DNA of 64,000 nt from Anthoceros angustus. Lineage: Eukaryota > Plantae > Anthocerotophyta. Location: assembly GCA_010909165.1 (NCBI GenBank), contig MU008178.1:322369-386368 (forward strand). The letters run 5' to 3'. The notes beneath the pieces are model-generated. The model searched no databases, was not told the origin of the DNA, and worked only from the letters and a program-made list of their open reading frames with translations. Below, piece by piece: positions 63,482 to 64,000 of the stretch. The first letter of the stretch is position 1. Every line of letters starts with the position of its first letter. Made by a program: the position numbers and the translations under genes.

Positions 63482-64000
63482 AGCGGCTGCGCCCACAGGC
63501 GGGCAGCCGGCCGCCGGCATGGAACATGTGGGGCTCGGCATGCCGATCGTTGTCGATAAAGCCATGCGGCGCCGCTGGTGCGAGCGGCCAGCGTGCAGGC
63601 GCCGGCATCGGCGCATAAGCGCTGTCGCGCCACCGCGACCCAGTGTGGGGCGGCCCGTCTGCGTGCGGGTAGGCGCGGCCCACCGTGATTAAAGCCGGGC
63701 CTGCACCGTCGACGGTGCGAGGCGTCGGCGGGCAGCCGGCCCCGCGGCAATGGCGTCGGCGGGCACCTCGGCGCAGTAGCGCGATCCTCCTGGCGCCCGG
63801 TAGATGGGGCATCGCACTGGTATGGGGTATGGGTTGGGGCCCTCATCCGGCGCCCCCTAGTTGGGCGGCGTGTCCACACTTAACAGTGTGGGGCGTACCG
63901 TCGGTCTCATGCAGGTGGGGCGCGGCCCACCGTGATTAGCCGGACGCCTGCGTCGACCCCGGTGCGAGGCGTCGGCGAGCCGGCCCCGCGGCGTGGGCGT
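63482..64000. repeat. Very GC/CpG-rich block with ~247 bp direct repeat
   Basis: ggcgcggcccaccgtgatta at 63672 and 63919; ggtgcgaggcgtcggcg at 63714 and 63961. Confidence 0.75.

Noticed and set aside
63482-64000. rRNA gene
   Set aside because: No recognisable conserved 18S, 5.8S, 26S or 5S sequence.

Overview
Repeat-rich plant-type genomic DNA, with spliced neprosin-family genes. The host is inferred to be a non-seed land plant or another streptophyte. The frameshift and indel pattern looks like an unpolished long-read assembly, and there is one N gap at 63481. Bases 1-41437 are a head-to-tail array of a ~4.2 kb unit. Each unit carries one intron-containing neprosin-like (DUF4409+DUF239) gene whose two catalytic glutamates appear substituted. 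Bases 41438-47830 are a patchwork of a 5'-truncated Ty1/copia fragment, a CRE-like non-LTR element, an orphan neprosin piece and a CACTA 3' end. The main finding is a minus-strand Ty3/gypsy element at 48231-56782. Its polyprotein reads gag-protease-C5 cytosine DNA methyltransferase-RT-RNaseH-integrase-PHD finger. It has a Tf1-like self-priming site instead of a tRNA PBS. It also appears to have entered a minisatellite as an opened 2-LTR circle, with the LTR-LTR junction and unprocessed cDNA ends preserved at 48410-48419. Divergent plus-strand DNMT-bearing gypsy remnants lie at 57650-60340 and 62330-62625. All domain calls come from reading motifs by eye; no database search was run.
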